Source: Isurus oxyrinchus (taxonomy: Eukaryota). Taken from it: DNA of 64,000 bases. Where the stretch lies: the NCBI GenBank assembly GCA_026770705.1, contig JANJGN010000001.1, positions 152,892,001 to 152,956,000 on the forward strand, given 5' to 3'. Both the position numbers and the translations under genes were made by a program. Below the pieces are notes generated by a model. The model was given only the letters and a program-made list of their open reading frames with translations, ran no database searches and had not been told where the DNA came from. How positions within the stretch are numbered: position 1 is the first letter of the stretch; every line of letters begins with the position of its first letter. Below are positions 36,931-49,319 of the stretch, piece after piece.

Positions 36931-39883
36931 ATAATGAGGCAGAATTTTCAGGTCCCACTGAGGTCAGGAACAAAGGTCGACAGGGCCCGAAAACACCGAT
37001 GTCAGCTGGTGGGCTGGTTTCCCACCCCCTGCCCTTGCTGGCCATTTTAGCTAGGGTCCTAACAGATCTATCCACCCTCGTGAGGCAGGTAGCTAATTAG
37101 GCTCATTAAGAGTTCGGAAGTTTCTCTCTCCACAGATGTTGCCAGAGCTGCTGTGTACTCTCAGGACTTTCTGACTTTATTTTTGGCTCACTAAGAGCTT
37201 TGTCAAGGACACTGAAAAGATGCCGACTGAGATTTTCCAGTCAGCCTCCAGTTCCTGACATGAAGTGGGACAGTTAAGCACCTGGAGCCCTGCACCAAGT
37301 GGCAGGCAGGGGGTGGGATGGGGATGGTGCAGCACTCCAGGCAGGCCTGCAGCCCCTCCCTGCCTGCCTGGGTGTGGGTGCAGCCAAGGATTGTCCTTTG
37401 GAGGTAAGGACCAGGATTTTAGTGCACACTGTACTGGTGATGTTGTGCATGTTGCTCCTGGTGTTGTAGGAGGAGCTGAGCTTGATGTCTTAATGTTGTG
37501 TCACTTGCTGGTGACATTGCTGATGTTGCACTGCTTGTTGATGATGCTAGTGATGTTGTCTTGCTGTTTAATGATGCTGCTGGTGTTGTTGCTGATCTTT
37601 CCTGCTTTTCTAGCTCAGGTGTAAGTCAAATATGGGCTGTGCTCCTTTTCATTTAGTTACCGGTTTCGGTTTCAATGATGTATGGCCTCAAAGTCTCAGC
37701 TTCACCAACAACTTTTGCTGGGTTCCAGGGTCTTATGACTGGATCCTGTAGGTGTACAGTTGGTGCTTTCAACAACTCAGGCATGCTTGTTGAAATGTTG
37801 ACCTCCTTCTAATGTGCATCATTGAGTTGTTGTTTTACTTCCTCCTGATCACTTGGACGGAGTATCTTGCTTGGCAGAATTGTCTTATACTTTGTTCCAT
37901 GAAAAGCTCTGCAGATGATTTCACATTCTTCAGAGGTGTAGCTGAGAGTGACAATAAGGCAAGGTTTGAGTCTTCCTTTGTCCTCGGCATTTCATGAGGG
38001 TTCTCTTGACCATCAGAATGTGTATTTCAGTAAAACTGTGTCCCCCTGAGTTAGGCAGTGATGAGGTGATGATATTGAACCCACAATGTTCAGCAAATTC
38101 CTTAAGCTCTGGAGGTGAATTGGATTTCATTATCACTTTTACACTTTCTGAAATCCTATGCTCAGCAGACAGATCTCATACTGCTGAAGTGACTGTTATA
38201 ACTCTCTAATCTTTCCCCTTCCTGATAAAGGGAACTGAGGCCTGGATTTTCATCCCAAGGCGAGTGCACAGGTTTGGGAAAATTCCTGTCTCAGTGAGCC
38301 CACCTTGGGATAAATAGCCACAAATCTTCGTTCCGGGTGGAGGGTGCGGGCGGGTGCGTCCTGGAAAAGGGCCCGCAGCCCCCAGAAACAGTTTGGAGGC
38401 AGCCACGGGGGCTGCCGTGTGTCAAGGTGGGCTGGTTATAAGACCCACCTCAGTGCTCTGGACCTTAGTCCCATTTATAATAAGAGGAGTTAAGCCCTCT
38501 AGCCCTCACACCTCATACCCCATCACCCCCCCATCCACTACCCATATCCTTTCCATGTCAAGTCATGCCCCCACCCACCCCTCATGGTCCCTCATACTCT
38601 CCAAGCCAAGCTATGCCCCTCTACCCAAAGCTAAGGCCCCTTATAAATCCTATACTTAGTGCCGACTGATGCCAACCCATCCCTACCCATCACCCTTTGC
38701 CCTTACCCCCTCCATGCCATCTCACCTAATATCCAGGCAGACCTCAGGGACCATGCTGAGATAAAATAAAATAGAGTTCTAAGTATCAATTGCAGATTTC
38801 ACTATATATATAAAAACTCTCTCATTAATAAAAGCCCATTCAAATGTGTGAACTTGCAGCTCTCACCGCCCCACGCCCCCGCCACTGTGATAGTGACAGG
38901 TTGTGGGAGCAGCCAAGCAGTAATATTAATATAATGGTAATCCTCAGGCTTATGGTAACAAACAGCTATTGAAATTGCAAGCAACTGATTTTTTTCAACT
39001 CAGAGACAGCAGACTGTTTTTTTTCAAAACTTAAAGATCAGGGTATTTAAATAACTTGACAGCCTGACAGTTCCACACATCTTATCCATTTTTAAGCACA
39101 TTCATGTCTATTCTTAAAAATCATAAGTCACGCATTGTGGAAAACAGATCTCGCTCCAGCAAAACTGGGATCTGTTTGAACTCAACACTGAGTTTAAATG
39201 GCCCTGCTGGGTTCGGATTTCCTCCATGTGTGAATCACATGTGAGCACCTTTTCCCTCCCAGCAAATATTGGATTTGTTTCAAATGGGGGCTAAACTTCT
39301 GGATCTAGGGTGCAATTTTGGATAAGGCCCAAAATCTCCATGGGTCGAATTTAGCCCTTGGCAGGTGGGCTCAGTGGGGGCGGTCGGGAAGCCGGCCACC
39401 GCCCACAATCAAGGCCAGCAGGTGATTTCACGCAGGCGAGCCTGCTCAGCGTGTAACGCTAGTGGCAGCACTGTGAGGGGGTGGGGAGGAGGGCAAGCGG
39501 GATGAATGCAAACTTCACGCATGTGTGCGAGTGCACACTTGAGAATCTCCCTGAGGCACAGAGCTGTCTCAGGGAGATGAGTTTTCAAAAAATATAATAA
39601 AGAATTGAAAAATGTTATAAAACATGTTCCCTCATGTGACTCTGTTACTAATTAAGATTTAAAATGTTTATTTTTATTTGCTTTTGGAAACCTCATCCTG
39701 CCTGTGGATGAGGTTTCCTAAAAAGTGCAGAGGCCGCTTGGCTTTTTCACCTGCCCGTCAATCGTAAAGTTGGATGAGCAGCGAAAAATTTAAGTTAATT
39801 GAGACTCTAACAGTCTTAGCAGAACAAAAACAGAATAACCTGGAAAAACTCAGCAGGTCTGGCAGCATTGGCGGAGAAGAAAA

Positions 39884-39923
39884 GAGTTGACGTTTCGAGT
39901 CCTCATGACCCTTCGACAGAACT
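39884..39923 (-). ncRNA. Minimal type I hammerhead ribozyme motif
   Basis: agtt-CUGUCGA-a-gggucAUGAGgacuc-GAAA-CG-UC^aacu. Identical core to 63151-63190. Confidence 0.65.
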
Positions 39924-40308
39924 TGAGTTCGAGTCCAAGAAAGAGTTGAAATATAAGCTGGTTTAAGGTGTGTGTGTGGGGGGCGGAGAGATAGAGAGAG
40001 AGAGAGAGAGGTGGGGGGGGTGTGGTTGTATGGACAAACAAGCAGTGATAGAAGCAGATCATCAAAAGATGTCAACGACAATAGTACAATAGAACACATA
40101 GGTGTTAAAGTTAAAGTTGGTGATATTATCTAAATGAATGTACTAATTAAAAATGGATGGTAGGGCACCCAAGGTATAGCTCTAGTGGGGGTGTTTTTTT
40201 TAATTTTTTTTTATAATGGAAATAGGTGGGAAAAGGAAAATCTTTATAATTTATTGGAAAAAAAAAGGAAGGGGGAAACAGAAAGGGGATGGGGATGGAG
40301 GAGGGAGC

Positions 40309-41673
40309 TCACGACCTAAAGTTGTTGAATTCAATATTCAGTCCGGAAGGCTGTAAGGTGCCTAGTCGGAAGATGAGGTGTTGTTCCTCCAGTTTGCGTT
40401 GGGCTTCACTGGAACAATGCAGCAAGCCAAGGACAGACATGTGGGCAAGAGAGCAGGGTGGAGTGTTAAAATGGCAAGCGACAGGGAGGTTTGGGTCTTT
40501 TTTGCGGACAGACCGCAGGTGTTCTGCAAAGCGGTCGCCCAGTTTACGTTTGGTCTCTCCAATGTAGAGGAGACCACATTGGGAGCAACGAATGCAGTAG
40601 ACTAAGTTGGGGGAAATGCAAGTGAAATGCTGCTTCACTTGAAAGGAGTGTTTGGGCCCTTGGACGGTGAGGAGAGAGGAAGTGAAGGGGCAGGTGTTAC
40701 ATCTTTTGCGTGGGCATGGGGTGGTGCCATAGGAGCCGGTTGAGGAGTAGGGGGTGATGGAGGAGTGGACCAGGGTGTCCCAGAGGGAGCGATCGCCACA
40801 GAATGCCGATAAGGGGGGTGAAGGGAAGATTTGTTTGGTGGTGGCATCATGCTGGAGTTGGCGGAAATGGCGGAGGATGATCCTTTGAATGCAGTGGCTG
40901 GTGGGGTGATAAGTGAGGACAAGGGGGACCCTATCATGTTTCTGGGAGGGAGGAGAAGGCGTGAGGGCGGATGCGCGGGAGATGGGCCGGACACGGTTGA
41001 GGGCCCTGTCAACGACCGTGGATGGAAAACCTCGGTTAAGGAAGAAGGAGGACATGTCAGAGGAACTGTTTTTGAAGGTAGCATCATCGGAACAGATGCG
41101 ACGAAGGCGAAGGAACTGGGAGAATGGGATGGAGTCCTTACAGGAAGCGGGGTGTGAGGAGCTGTAGTCGAGGTAGCTGTGGGAGTCAGTGGGTTTGTAA
41201 TGGATATTGGTGGACAGTCTATCACCAGAGATTGAGACAGAGAGGTCAAGGAAGGGAAGGGAAGTGTCAGAGATGGATGAGGTGAAAAAGATGGAGGGGT
41301 GGAGATTGGAAGCAAAATTAATAAATTTTTCCAGGTCCCGATGAGAGCATGAAGCGGCACCGAAGTAATCATCGATGTACCGGAGAAAAAGTTGTGGAAG
41401 GGGGCCGGAGTAGGACTGGAACAAGGAATGTTCCACATACCCCATAAAGAGACAGGCATAGCTGGGGCCCATGCGGGTACCCATAGCCACACCTTTTATT
41501 TGGAGGAAGTGAGAGGAGTTGAAGGAGAAATTGTTCAGCGTGAGAACAAGTTCAGCCAGATGGAGGAGAGTAGTAGTGGATGGGGATTGTTTGGGCCTCT
41601 GTTCGAGGAAGAAGCTAAGGGCCCTCAGACCATCCTGGTGGGGGATGGAGGTGTAGAGGGATTGGACGTCCAT
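40309..41673 (-). CDS. Penelope-like RT plus GIY-YIG endonuclease (partial, Neptune-type)
   Basis: DVQSLYTSIP, GVAMGTRMGPSYA, RYIDD, FLDL, linker CPRKRCNTC, NLVYCIRCSQCGLLYIGETKR...RFAEH. Confidence 0.92.
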   Translation of the reverse strand: MDVQSLYTSIPHQDGLRALSFFLEQRPKQSPSTTTLLHLAELVLTLNNFSFNSSHFLQIKGVAMGTRMGPSYACLFMGYVEHSLFQSYSGPLPQLFLRYIDDYFGAASCSHRDLEKFINFASNLHPSIFFTSSISDTSLPFLDLSVSISGDRLSTNIHYKPTDSHSYLDYSSSHPASCKDSIPFSQFLRLRRICSDDATFKNSSSDMSSFFLNRGFPSTVVDRALNRVRPISRASALTPSPPSQKHDRVPLVLTYHPTSHCIQRIILRHFRQLQHDATTKQIFPSPPLSAFCGDRSLWDTLVHSSITPYSSTGSYGTTPCPRKRCNTCPFTSSLLTVQGPKHSFQVKQHFTCISPNLVYCIRCSQCGLLYIGETKRKLGDRFAEHLRSVRKKDPNLPVACHFNTPPCSLAHMSVLGLLHCSSEAQRKLEEQHLIFRLGTLQPSGLNIEFNNFRS

Positions 41674-44600
41674 GGTGAAGAGGAAGCGGTTGGGGCCAGG
41701 GAACAGTCTTAGCAGGCCTTTTAATTGTTAGCGGGCACGCTGCCAATTCCAGTGCATGCCTGGCGACTGAAATATCGCGTGGCTGCGCACTGACGTCAGG
41801 AAACTCGCCCAATGTCAACACATCATTTTATGCTCAAGCAGGTCGGGTGCATGCCCACCCGCCGAGGTGAATATTTTGCCCCATGGCTCTGAAAACCTGG
41901 GCCTTAATGCCTGGCACTATGAGGTGCCAGTCTTCATTGCAGGTGAGTAAATCGTCTACCATACTATGCCATGGTCTGGCTACATTTCAGTACTTCTGGC
42001 ATATATTGTATGTAGACACAATTCTTTCCATGTCTTTGTAGGTGTCTATCCAATACACAGCTAATCTGGCTCTGTGCTTACACTTCTCCATTCCTATGTG
42101 GTCTTCATGTACCTCCTGAAGAAGTTCTGTGTGCATCATTTTGGGTATGATTATTCTGGATCTAGCCAGCAGTATAGCATCTTCTAGTGAGATATCATCT
42201 CTGTTTGGCCTGTACTGGTGTATTGCTATATCTTATCAGGCCATTCCTGGATCACTTGTTGAGTGAACATCTGTAACTCTTCCTCTTTACTGGTCTCATC
42301 TCTAATTTGACTTAGTTTCAGCAGTATTATGTTCACTAGGTGATGGATCTTTACACCTACATTTTTTATCTCATTTTTCTCATACAGATGAGATTGGGCA
42401 TTTCTCTTCCTGGCATGTATTTCAAAAGGGAATTGTAACTGCGAAGCCTCAAGAGTAACCTCTGTGGTCTTGCTGGTATTTTACATCATTTTTCTTGTGG
42501 ATCTGCTCCAGTGAATGATGATCACTCTCCACTATGAACTTTCTCCCGTAGAGATTTGTATGGCATTTCTCACATCCATACATGACTGCCAAACATTCTC
42601 TTTCTACGTTGGTATATCTGGTCTCAGCTGATGTTAGAGCTTTGACTGAAATGCTATTGGTTTTCCCTCTTGTACCAGGGCCGCATCCAGTCCTTTTGTA
42701 TAAGCATCTGCTTGTAGATTGACAGGTTTCTCTCTGTTGCATTATGACCAACTTGTCTCCTTGCATACTACTTCTTTGATGCTGAAACTCCCCTCGTGTG
42801 ACTCTGACCACTATACTCAACATCCCCTCTCTTGTAGCTTTGAGCTGTGTTCTGGCATGAGAGGTATGAAAGAACTTATGTGCTGCATCAAATAAAGGTA
42901 ACTTCTCTATTCTTTCTTGTCTCTTGGAACTTCCATCCTAGAGATGGCTGTGACGTTTTCAGGACTTGCTTGGCTGCAGCAGGTGTGTACATCATATCGA
43001 AGAGTCAGCATTCCGTCACCTTCAAAATGCATTTGTCTCCATTTAGCTTGATTCCAGCTTTCCTGGTTCTCTCTATAGCTAAGTGTAGATGGTGGTCATA
43101 ATCCTATTCATCCACACCACTGATCTGGATATCATCGGCGATGCCACTGCTCCATTGCATCCTTTATATGTCTCCTCTACTTTCTGCTGGAACTTATCAT
43201 GGTTCACTTTAAGGCCAAAAGGCAGACACAGGAATTTGTTATATCCAAAGGGTGTATTGAATGTTGTCAATAATGAGCATCTGGTGGTTGTTGGCTGCGT
43301 GCTCTAAAACCTGCACCAATATGGCACCCATGCAAATTGTCCCACATATGTGTGCATTTGCCACAGAGGCCATTTTGACCACTAAAAGTATTTGAAACAG
43401 CCAAAAAACAGCCACAAATGATCCCAATTTCTCACCCTAGGTTTTTCTACACTTGGTTGGATTTTTGAAGAGGACATTTATTATCTTTTTCAGCACTATA
43501 GACCTAAAAAAGATAATAAACTAAATTGCTTTCATGTATCAGATTTCTGAAATAAGGAAGAGGCAATACACTGCAATTAATGAGGATATTCTCTTGTACG
43601 TTATCTTGCAAATTACAACCCACATCATATTCTACAGTCTGCTGGTTTCTTTAATACTGAGTTTGACTTTTAACAAAGAGGCAAAGAGGGAAAGACTTCT
43701 ATTGCTTGCCAGGCATCCATGTGTTTCCCAGATGCTATATGATCTGCGTGTATAAAGCCATGAAGCAGGAAATGGGAGGATGGGATGGGGAAGGTTTAGC
43801 CATTTCGGGAGAGCTGAAGGGAACTGAAAGTTTAAGTGAATGAAAGCACAAGAGCAGAAGTGGCATTTTATATTAATAGTCACATTTGAAGGGGAAATAA
43901 GCAGTGGGCAAAATCTTCCACTCTGAAGCCTAAGTTCAGTGGCAGGTGCAAAAGTAGGAGGGATCTCCACTCGGGAGCAGGACAATTTTGCGCTGGTCAG
44001 CTTATTAAATATGTATTCGCGAGGAGCTCGCCAGTTCTTGCAGTGGGGGCAGTCAGGAAGTCGCCATCCTTATCGTTACATCATGGGTTCCAAGGTCCGG
44101 ACGCCATATTTAAAGGACACACAGACAGCTTGCACTATCCCTTCCGCCTTTGCCCAGCCACTGCTCCACTCTTCTCCTCTAACCCTTCCTTCCTTGGTCA
44201 TCCTCCATGCAATTTGTACTGTCACCACCCAGTCTCAAGCATGGGCTTCCATTTACATATGCTCCGCAAAGTGGTCAATGCAGCGGCAACTCGCCGTTAA
44301 TCATAGTAAGAGTCTACCTTGCCAGGTGCACGCCATTTATGTACAGCTGTAAAAATTAACATTCTAAGTTCCCCGGTAGTCAGAAATTAATTTGGTGGGG
44401 GGAATCTTTATTCGGGCAAGGTAGCATTTTAATGAGCATGCATGACATGTTAATGCATGCTAAAGGGTTTCCCGACATTGTTCGTCAGGAGGCTTGACCT
44501 GCCTATAATATCCCGAGAACAGAATTCCAAAAATTCATCCTGATGATGGGAAACTGATTTTTGGTCTTACGCCAAATTTTTGTCTTCCCGCGGCTAACGG

Positions 44601-44977
44601 AACCAGAAGACTCCACCCAGCGATTCTATAAACAAGGCTCACTCCTGGTCGACTGCCCCTTAATACAAATCTGCTACTAAATTGGAGATACTTATGAAGT
44701 ATAAAAAACAAACACTTTGAAACATGGGGCAGAGTTTTCAGATCAGCGGGCAGGCGCGATTACATGCCCAGGATCAGCCGGGAAATGGGCCGCTGCCCTC
44801 AATCAGCCCAATTAAGGCCCATCCAGCATGAAATGCAACTCCCCAATGATCAGCAAGGGGCAGGTGGGATTGGAGGGAGGCCTGTCAGCCGTCGGCTCCA
44901 ATGGCAACCCGGCGGCCAGTTTAAAAAAGGCACAGGCAGCCCCTTGAAGACTCTTCTACATTTTCAGTAATCAAGTT

Positions 44978-46849
44978 ATGGAATCAAGTGCGGCTGGACA
45001 CGACGGGGGGAGGGAAAGTCAGGCGGGCACTCGGCCTCCCGCTTCTCTGAGTGCCTCGCCGTACTCCTGGAGGAGGTGGCTGCCAGGAGGGACACCCTTG
45101 TCTCCAGAGATGGGGGGAGGAGGCCACCACATCTCACAAGGAGGGCATGGGAGGAGGTTGCAGCACTGGTTAGCAGCCATGACGTGGTGCAGCGCACATG
45201 GTTGCAGTGCCGGGAGAAGTTCAATGACCTGCTGCGCTCAGGAACGGTGAGTACCGTATTGGCATGGATCAGTGTGCAGAAGTTTTAAGATCTGGCTGTC
45301 CCTCCTGTGGACCTCAGGGGCGCTAGAGTCTGAATGTCAACTGTCAGTGACGCCGGAGCTGGCCAAGGGGGTGAGCCCTAGCTGCTTGAACTGAGTGCCC
45401 TCCAGCTCCAGGGCTACAACTCAGATGTGCCCTGCGAGGTGTTCCTCAGCTGGGGTTGGCCAGGCTGCAATAGGGCTGCAGGTAGAGAGTGGACTAATCA
45501 ATGGTCCTCTGTTGTTTCAGGAGAAGACGAGCCATAACCATTCAGAGGGGGCACAGACAGGTGGAGGGCAGCCCAACCTGCTGCTGCTCACCAGATTCAA
45601 GCAGACACCCTAGAGCTAGAGAGCCGGCACACTCCACATGCAACGTGGCGTGGAGAGGCAGGGGTGCCAGACGGAGGTAAGAGTGCAGTGCACAGAAGTG
45701 AGGCTTTTGGATTGTGCAACCATTCTAGTGTAGTCTCTTCATTGATGGGAGCCTCGAACCTGGATTCCCCACTGATCATTGAAAGACAGTGGCACCATGA
45801 TGCAGATCTCCATTGTCTCACCAGGGTGCCTGGCACGGACAGTGATAGTGTGATGACTTTAAATAATGACATATTGTTGCTCCCCCTTAGATTCGCCAGC
45901 ACACATTCCCTCTCTGGACCCTGAAGAGCCACCCCTGACACTGGAGGACCAATGGGCTTCATTTGCACCTGCGTCACACTCGCTCCCTGAACCAGGCACC
46001 AGCACAGATACCAGCACCTTGGTGGGCATTAGATTGGCGACTAGAATGTTGGTGCACATTGGCCAGGGCACTTCACACTCGCTTGAGGTTCAGGCGGAGG
46101 CAGAGAGTGCCCAGGGTACCAGCAGTTAGAGGACTGCTGGGGACCAGGACAATGCTCATTCGAAGGTTGATGATGAGCTTTGAGTCATCCATTTGGCAGC
46201 AGATGTTGGATGTCCAGCGAGATCTGCAGGAGGATCTGGCGAAAATCCATGAGAGCATGTGCACCATGGTCTCTATTGAGAAGGAGTCCATGTGGAGCAT
46301 CAGCATTGTGTTGACCTTCATGGCCAAGCGCACTGCCTCCTCCATTGAGAGGGTGGCAACTCCCATGGAGAGGCAGCTCCAGGGACAGAATCAGGAGTTC
46401 CTGGGGTAGCGCTCGAATCTGCAAGCCCCCACACAGGCACTAAGCTCAGGTGGCCAGTGCCAGTGTGGGAAATGATTGAAGCACCCAGTATCCCAGTGAG
46501 GTGCCCATCCGTCAATAGTGAGCAGGGAGGTCCGAAGCGACCACACGTTGGCGCACGAGCTGCCTGTCGTCTCTGTGGGTTCCTCTCAGTGTGCTGTAGA
46601 TGATGGCAGCCAGCTCCTCCGCCAGTAACCGCCGCATCTGATGAGGCTGTGATGAAAGCGGAGATGCCAGCCCTGGCACTGGCCGCTCCCTCCCAGGCGG
46701 GGCCAGCACAGGCTCCATGGGCTAGAGGACAACTGCCAAAGCCATCTAGGCCAACAGGACAGTGGAGTCAGCAGGCTGTTTCCGATGTCTGTGGCAGTGA
46801 TGGAGGGGGAGGGGCACCAAGACGTAGCGCTCGGAAACATAAGTTATAA
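44978..46849 (+). pseudogene. Harbinger Myb/SANT (trihelix) DNA-binding gene, 3 exons (44978-45246, 45521-45676, 45891-46849), disrupted
   Basis: RRAWEEVAALVS...RTWLQCREKFNDL|gtgagt; tttcag|EKTSHN...QTGGGQP...|gtaaga; cttag|... Frameshifts and stops are present. Confidence 0.8.
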
Positions 46850-47179
46850 AAGCACCATGAGCACCAGAGGGACAGTTCATGGGTGATTTTCTGTTCATTT
46901 ATGTTTGCTTTATATGTCTGCTGGTGTGGACATCAACACTAGTAATGGTCATGCATTCAATGTGACAATAACAGTAAATTTGCTTTGGTTTTGATGGGCT
47001 GAGTATGCTTCACCTTTACTTTAGGTGCAGGGTGCACCAGTATGTATTGCTGGATGTGAGTGGCTCGGTACTTTATTGCACAAATACTGAGTGGACTTTG
47101 GGTGCAAATGAAAGGGTCATTTCAGACATCCGGGATGGAAGCGGCAGACCTGGCATGTGGTGGAAGCAGATTTTTGGCA

Positions 47180-48079
47180 GCCTAGCTGAAGGAGCATTGG
47201 ATCAAGGTGTGCCTGGTGTCCCTGCCTCCCTGAAGGATACAGAGGTCTGCCTCCATGCCCGCAGTGTTCTCCTCACCCTGTTCCTCTTCTGACTCACTAC
47301 TGGATCACTACTACTACCATCTCTGTGGCCTGTGGAGCAGCGTCAAGATCCTTTTCCTCCAGTGGGTCCAATTGTGGAAAGCGCAGCATGCAACCACTAT
47401 CAATGACACCCACTCTGGGGGTATTGTAGTGCACCCCTGAACAGTCCAGGCATCGGAAGTGCATCTTGAGAAAACCTATGGTTCTCTCTATCACCGCCCT
47501 TGTGGAGCCATGGCTGGCCTCCTCCATACTGTAAAGAATAAAGGTTAGTAAACGCCTGAACAGAGCTTCTGTCACCAGCTTGACGCAACTGTAGACATCT
47601 GATTGGGAGACTACACACAGATCCCCCACTGACCCCTGGAAAGAGCAGAAGGCATAGAAACTGAGGGTCACTGTGACCTTCAGCGCCTCTGGCATGAGGT
47701 GTCCACCCACACAGTTGGAGCTGATCTCAGGGCCAATCGTCTGACAAATGGAGGTCACTGTCTCCCTTGAGAGGCGGAGCCTCCTTCGGCACTGCACCTC
47801 AGGCATATTGAGGTAGCTGCATCGCTGCCGGTTAACCCTAGCAGCAGGATAGTGGCATCTTCTGTGGCCCCTTCCATCTTGGACTTCCTGCTGGCCCTGC
47901 GCCCCTTGTGCCCGTGTCTCTCCTCGCTCTGGTCGCTCGCCTGGAAGCTGCATTGGGACACCTGGCATCCTCCCCCTTCTGCCCCTCTCTTCCTCCTCAG
48001 AGGAGGTGCCACCAGTGGACACCACAATCCCCATTACCAGGGCAACGGAAGGGTGTCTGATCCCTGAAAGGGTCCACAT
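47180..48079 (-). pseudogene. Harbinger transposase with central deletion
   Basis: N-terminus CRRRLRLSRETV...LKVTVTLSFYA joined directly to STRAVIERTIGFLKMHFRCLD. The catalytic middle is missing relative to copy 1. Confidence 0.85.
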
Positions 48080-48679
48080 GGTCTGAATCCTCTGGATGCC
48101 TTGCAGACACCAATGAATCCTGAAGTGAAGTCTGGAAAAGTGAAGAATGAAGCCCCAAACAGAGATGAGGCTGCTGAGTACAAATAAGCAACTGGCAGCA
48201 AACTATCTCCAAAACTCCTCTCTCCTCACACTGGCAATGCTGCTGACCCTTTTTATCCTGACCTTGGGTGAGGTTTGTGAAATTGTCGGCTGCCTGCCTG
48301 CCCGTTTGCCTGTGCGACAAGTGCAAAATCTCATGGGCAACGTAAAATCTAATTGCCTTTTTAATGGCCTTAATTGGCCTCATAATTGATGGCGGGTGCG
48401 GCTGTGAATCCCGCACGCGTCCAGCGACCGAAATATCGCTCAGGTGCGCAATGACTTCAGGACGCTTGCCCGACATCAACACGAGCTATTTTACTCTCGA
48501 GTGGGTCAGCACACACCTACCCGTTCAGCAAAAAATTCTGTCCACGGCCCTCCTACCCACCAGGTCTCCTCCCTGCTCAATTGATAATCTACATGCATGA
48601 TGATTGCATAAGTACAATTTAATATAAACCAATAGTTCTTCCTATCTGATCCCTATGATTGTAACTGCATGGGTACATA

Positions 48680-48800
48680 TGGGGAGAAAATGGGAGCTAG
48701 CTGTTGAGTTGGATGATCAGCCATGATCATAATGAATGGCAGAGCAGGCTCGAAGGGCTGAATGGCCTATTCCTGCTCCTAGTTTCTATGTTTCTATATG
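48680..48800 (+). mobile_element. CR1 3' end
   Basis: gatcagccatgatcataatgaatggcagagcaggctcgaagggctgaatggcc...ctcctagtttctatgtttctat. Confidence 0.8.
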
Positions 48801-49319
48801 GTATAATTGAATTGATATCAGTATGGCTCACAGGGGGATCTTCCACTGCTACCCACAACAGCCTTGAATTGAGCAGAACAGCCGTGTTACCTGCCTGATG
48901 CCTGAATCCAACATCAGGATGCCCGGGGACCAGAGCTCATTTATACCTCCCGAACTATGTGCTCAAAATAGGTTTAGTGGGTGGGTGTTGTAGGGTGGGG
49001 TGGCATGGGTGATGCAGGGATCAACTTCAGTTTGCAGTACTTTTGTGGGACCAGGCTCTTATCCCTGCCAAGTTATTTTTAGACTCCACAGAATTAATAG
49101 GTGCTAATTTGATGGTGCGACAGTTATTAGATTATGCGGCTGTGACCATAGCAGCAAGGTCAATATTGGTGCTATGTTGCTGATGACATTTGACGGGCCC
49201 TGGAAGCCTGAAGTGCTAATAAGAAGAATTACCAAAAATAATTTAAGGCTATGTTAGGCAGCATAGCATTGTGTACTATTGTGGTCATTTTTGGATGGAT
49301 AATTAAAGAGAATAACAAT

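Larger units (their letters stand above)
39823..41701 (-). mobile_element. Penelope-like element copy 1 (5' truncated)
   Basis: Open RT plus GIY-YIG frame, 3' pLTR with hammerhead motif, 14-bp flanking duplication aacagtcttagcag (39809-39822 and 41702-41715). Confidence 0.93.
39342..41881. mobile_element. MITE family B copy split by a Penelope insertion
   Basis: CAT|gggtcgaattt...atattttgccc|CAT. Confidence 0.8.
38238..41903. mobile_element. MITE family A copy carrying a family B MITE and a Penelope element
   Basis: ggcctggattttc...gaaaacctgggcc termini. Colinear with 23700-25628. Confidence 0.75.
37430..43300 (-). mobile_element. Decayed Gypsy/Ty3 LTR-retrotransposon pol, split by nested insertions at 38238-41903
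   Basis: RT TTFNTPFGY.KFLCLPFGLK. RNase H KALTSAETRYTNVERECLAV...FIVESDH. Integrase Zn finger HEDHIGMEKC. Integrase core EFAEHCGFNIITSS at 37930-38136. Domain order RT-RH-IN. Confidence 0.85.
44726..48542 (-). mobile_element. PIF/Harbinger transposon copy 2, both TIRs present
   Basis: CAT|ggggcagagtttt...aaaattctgtc|CAC. Spliced Myb/SANT gene on +, internally deleted transposase on -. Confidence 0.9.

Noticed and set aside
37265-37624. Hydrophobic Leu/Met-rich ORF as a candidate KIT transmembrane exon
   Set aside because: It is the antisense of a degenerate tandem repeat at the 3' end of the Gypsy remnant, has no KIT TM/YKY motif and shows no fitting acceptor.
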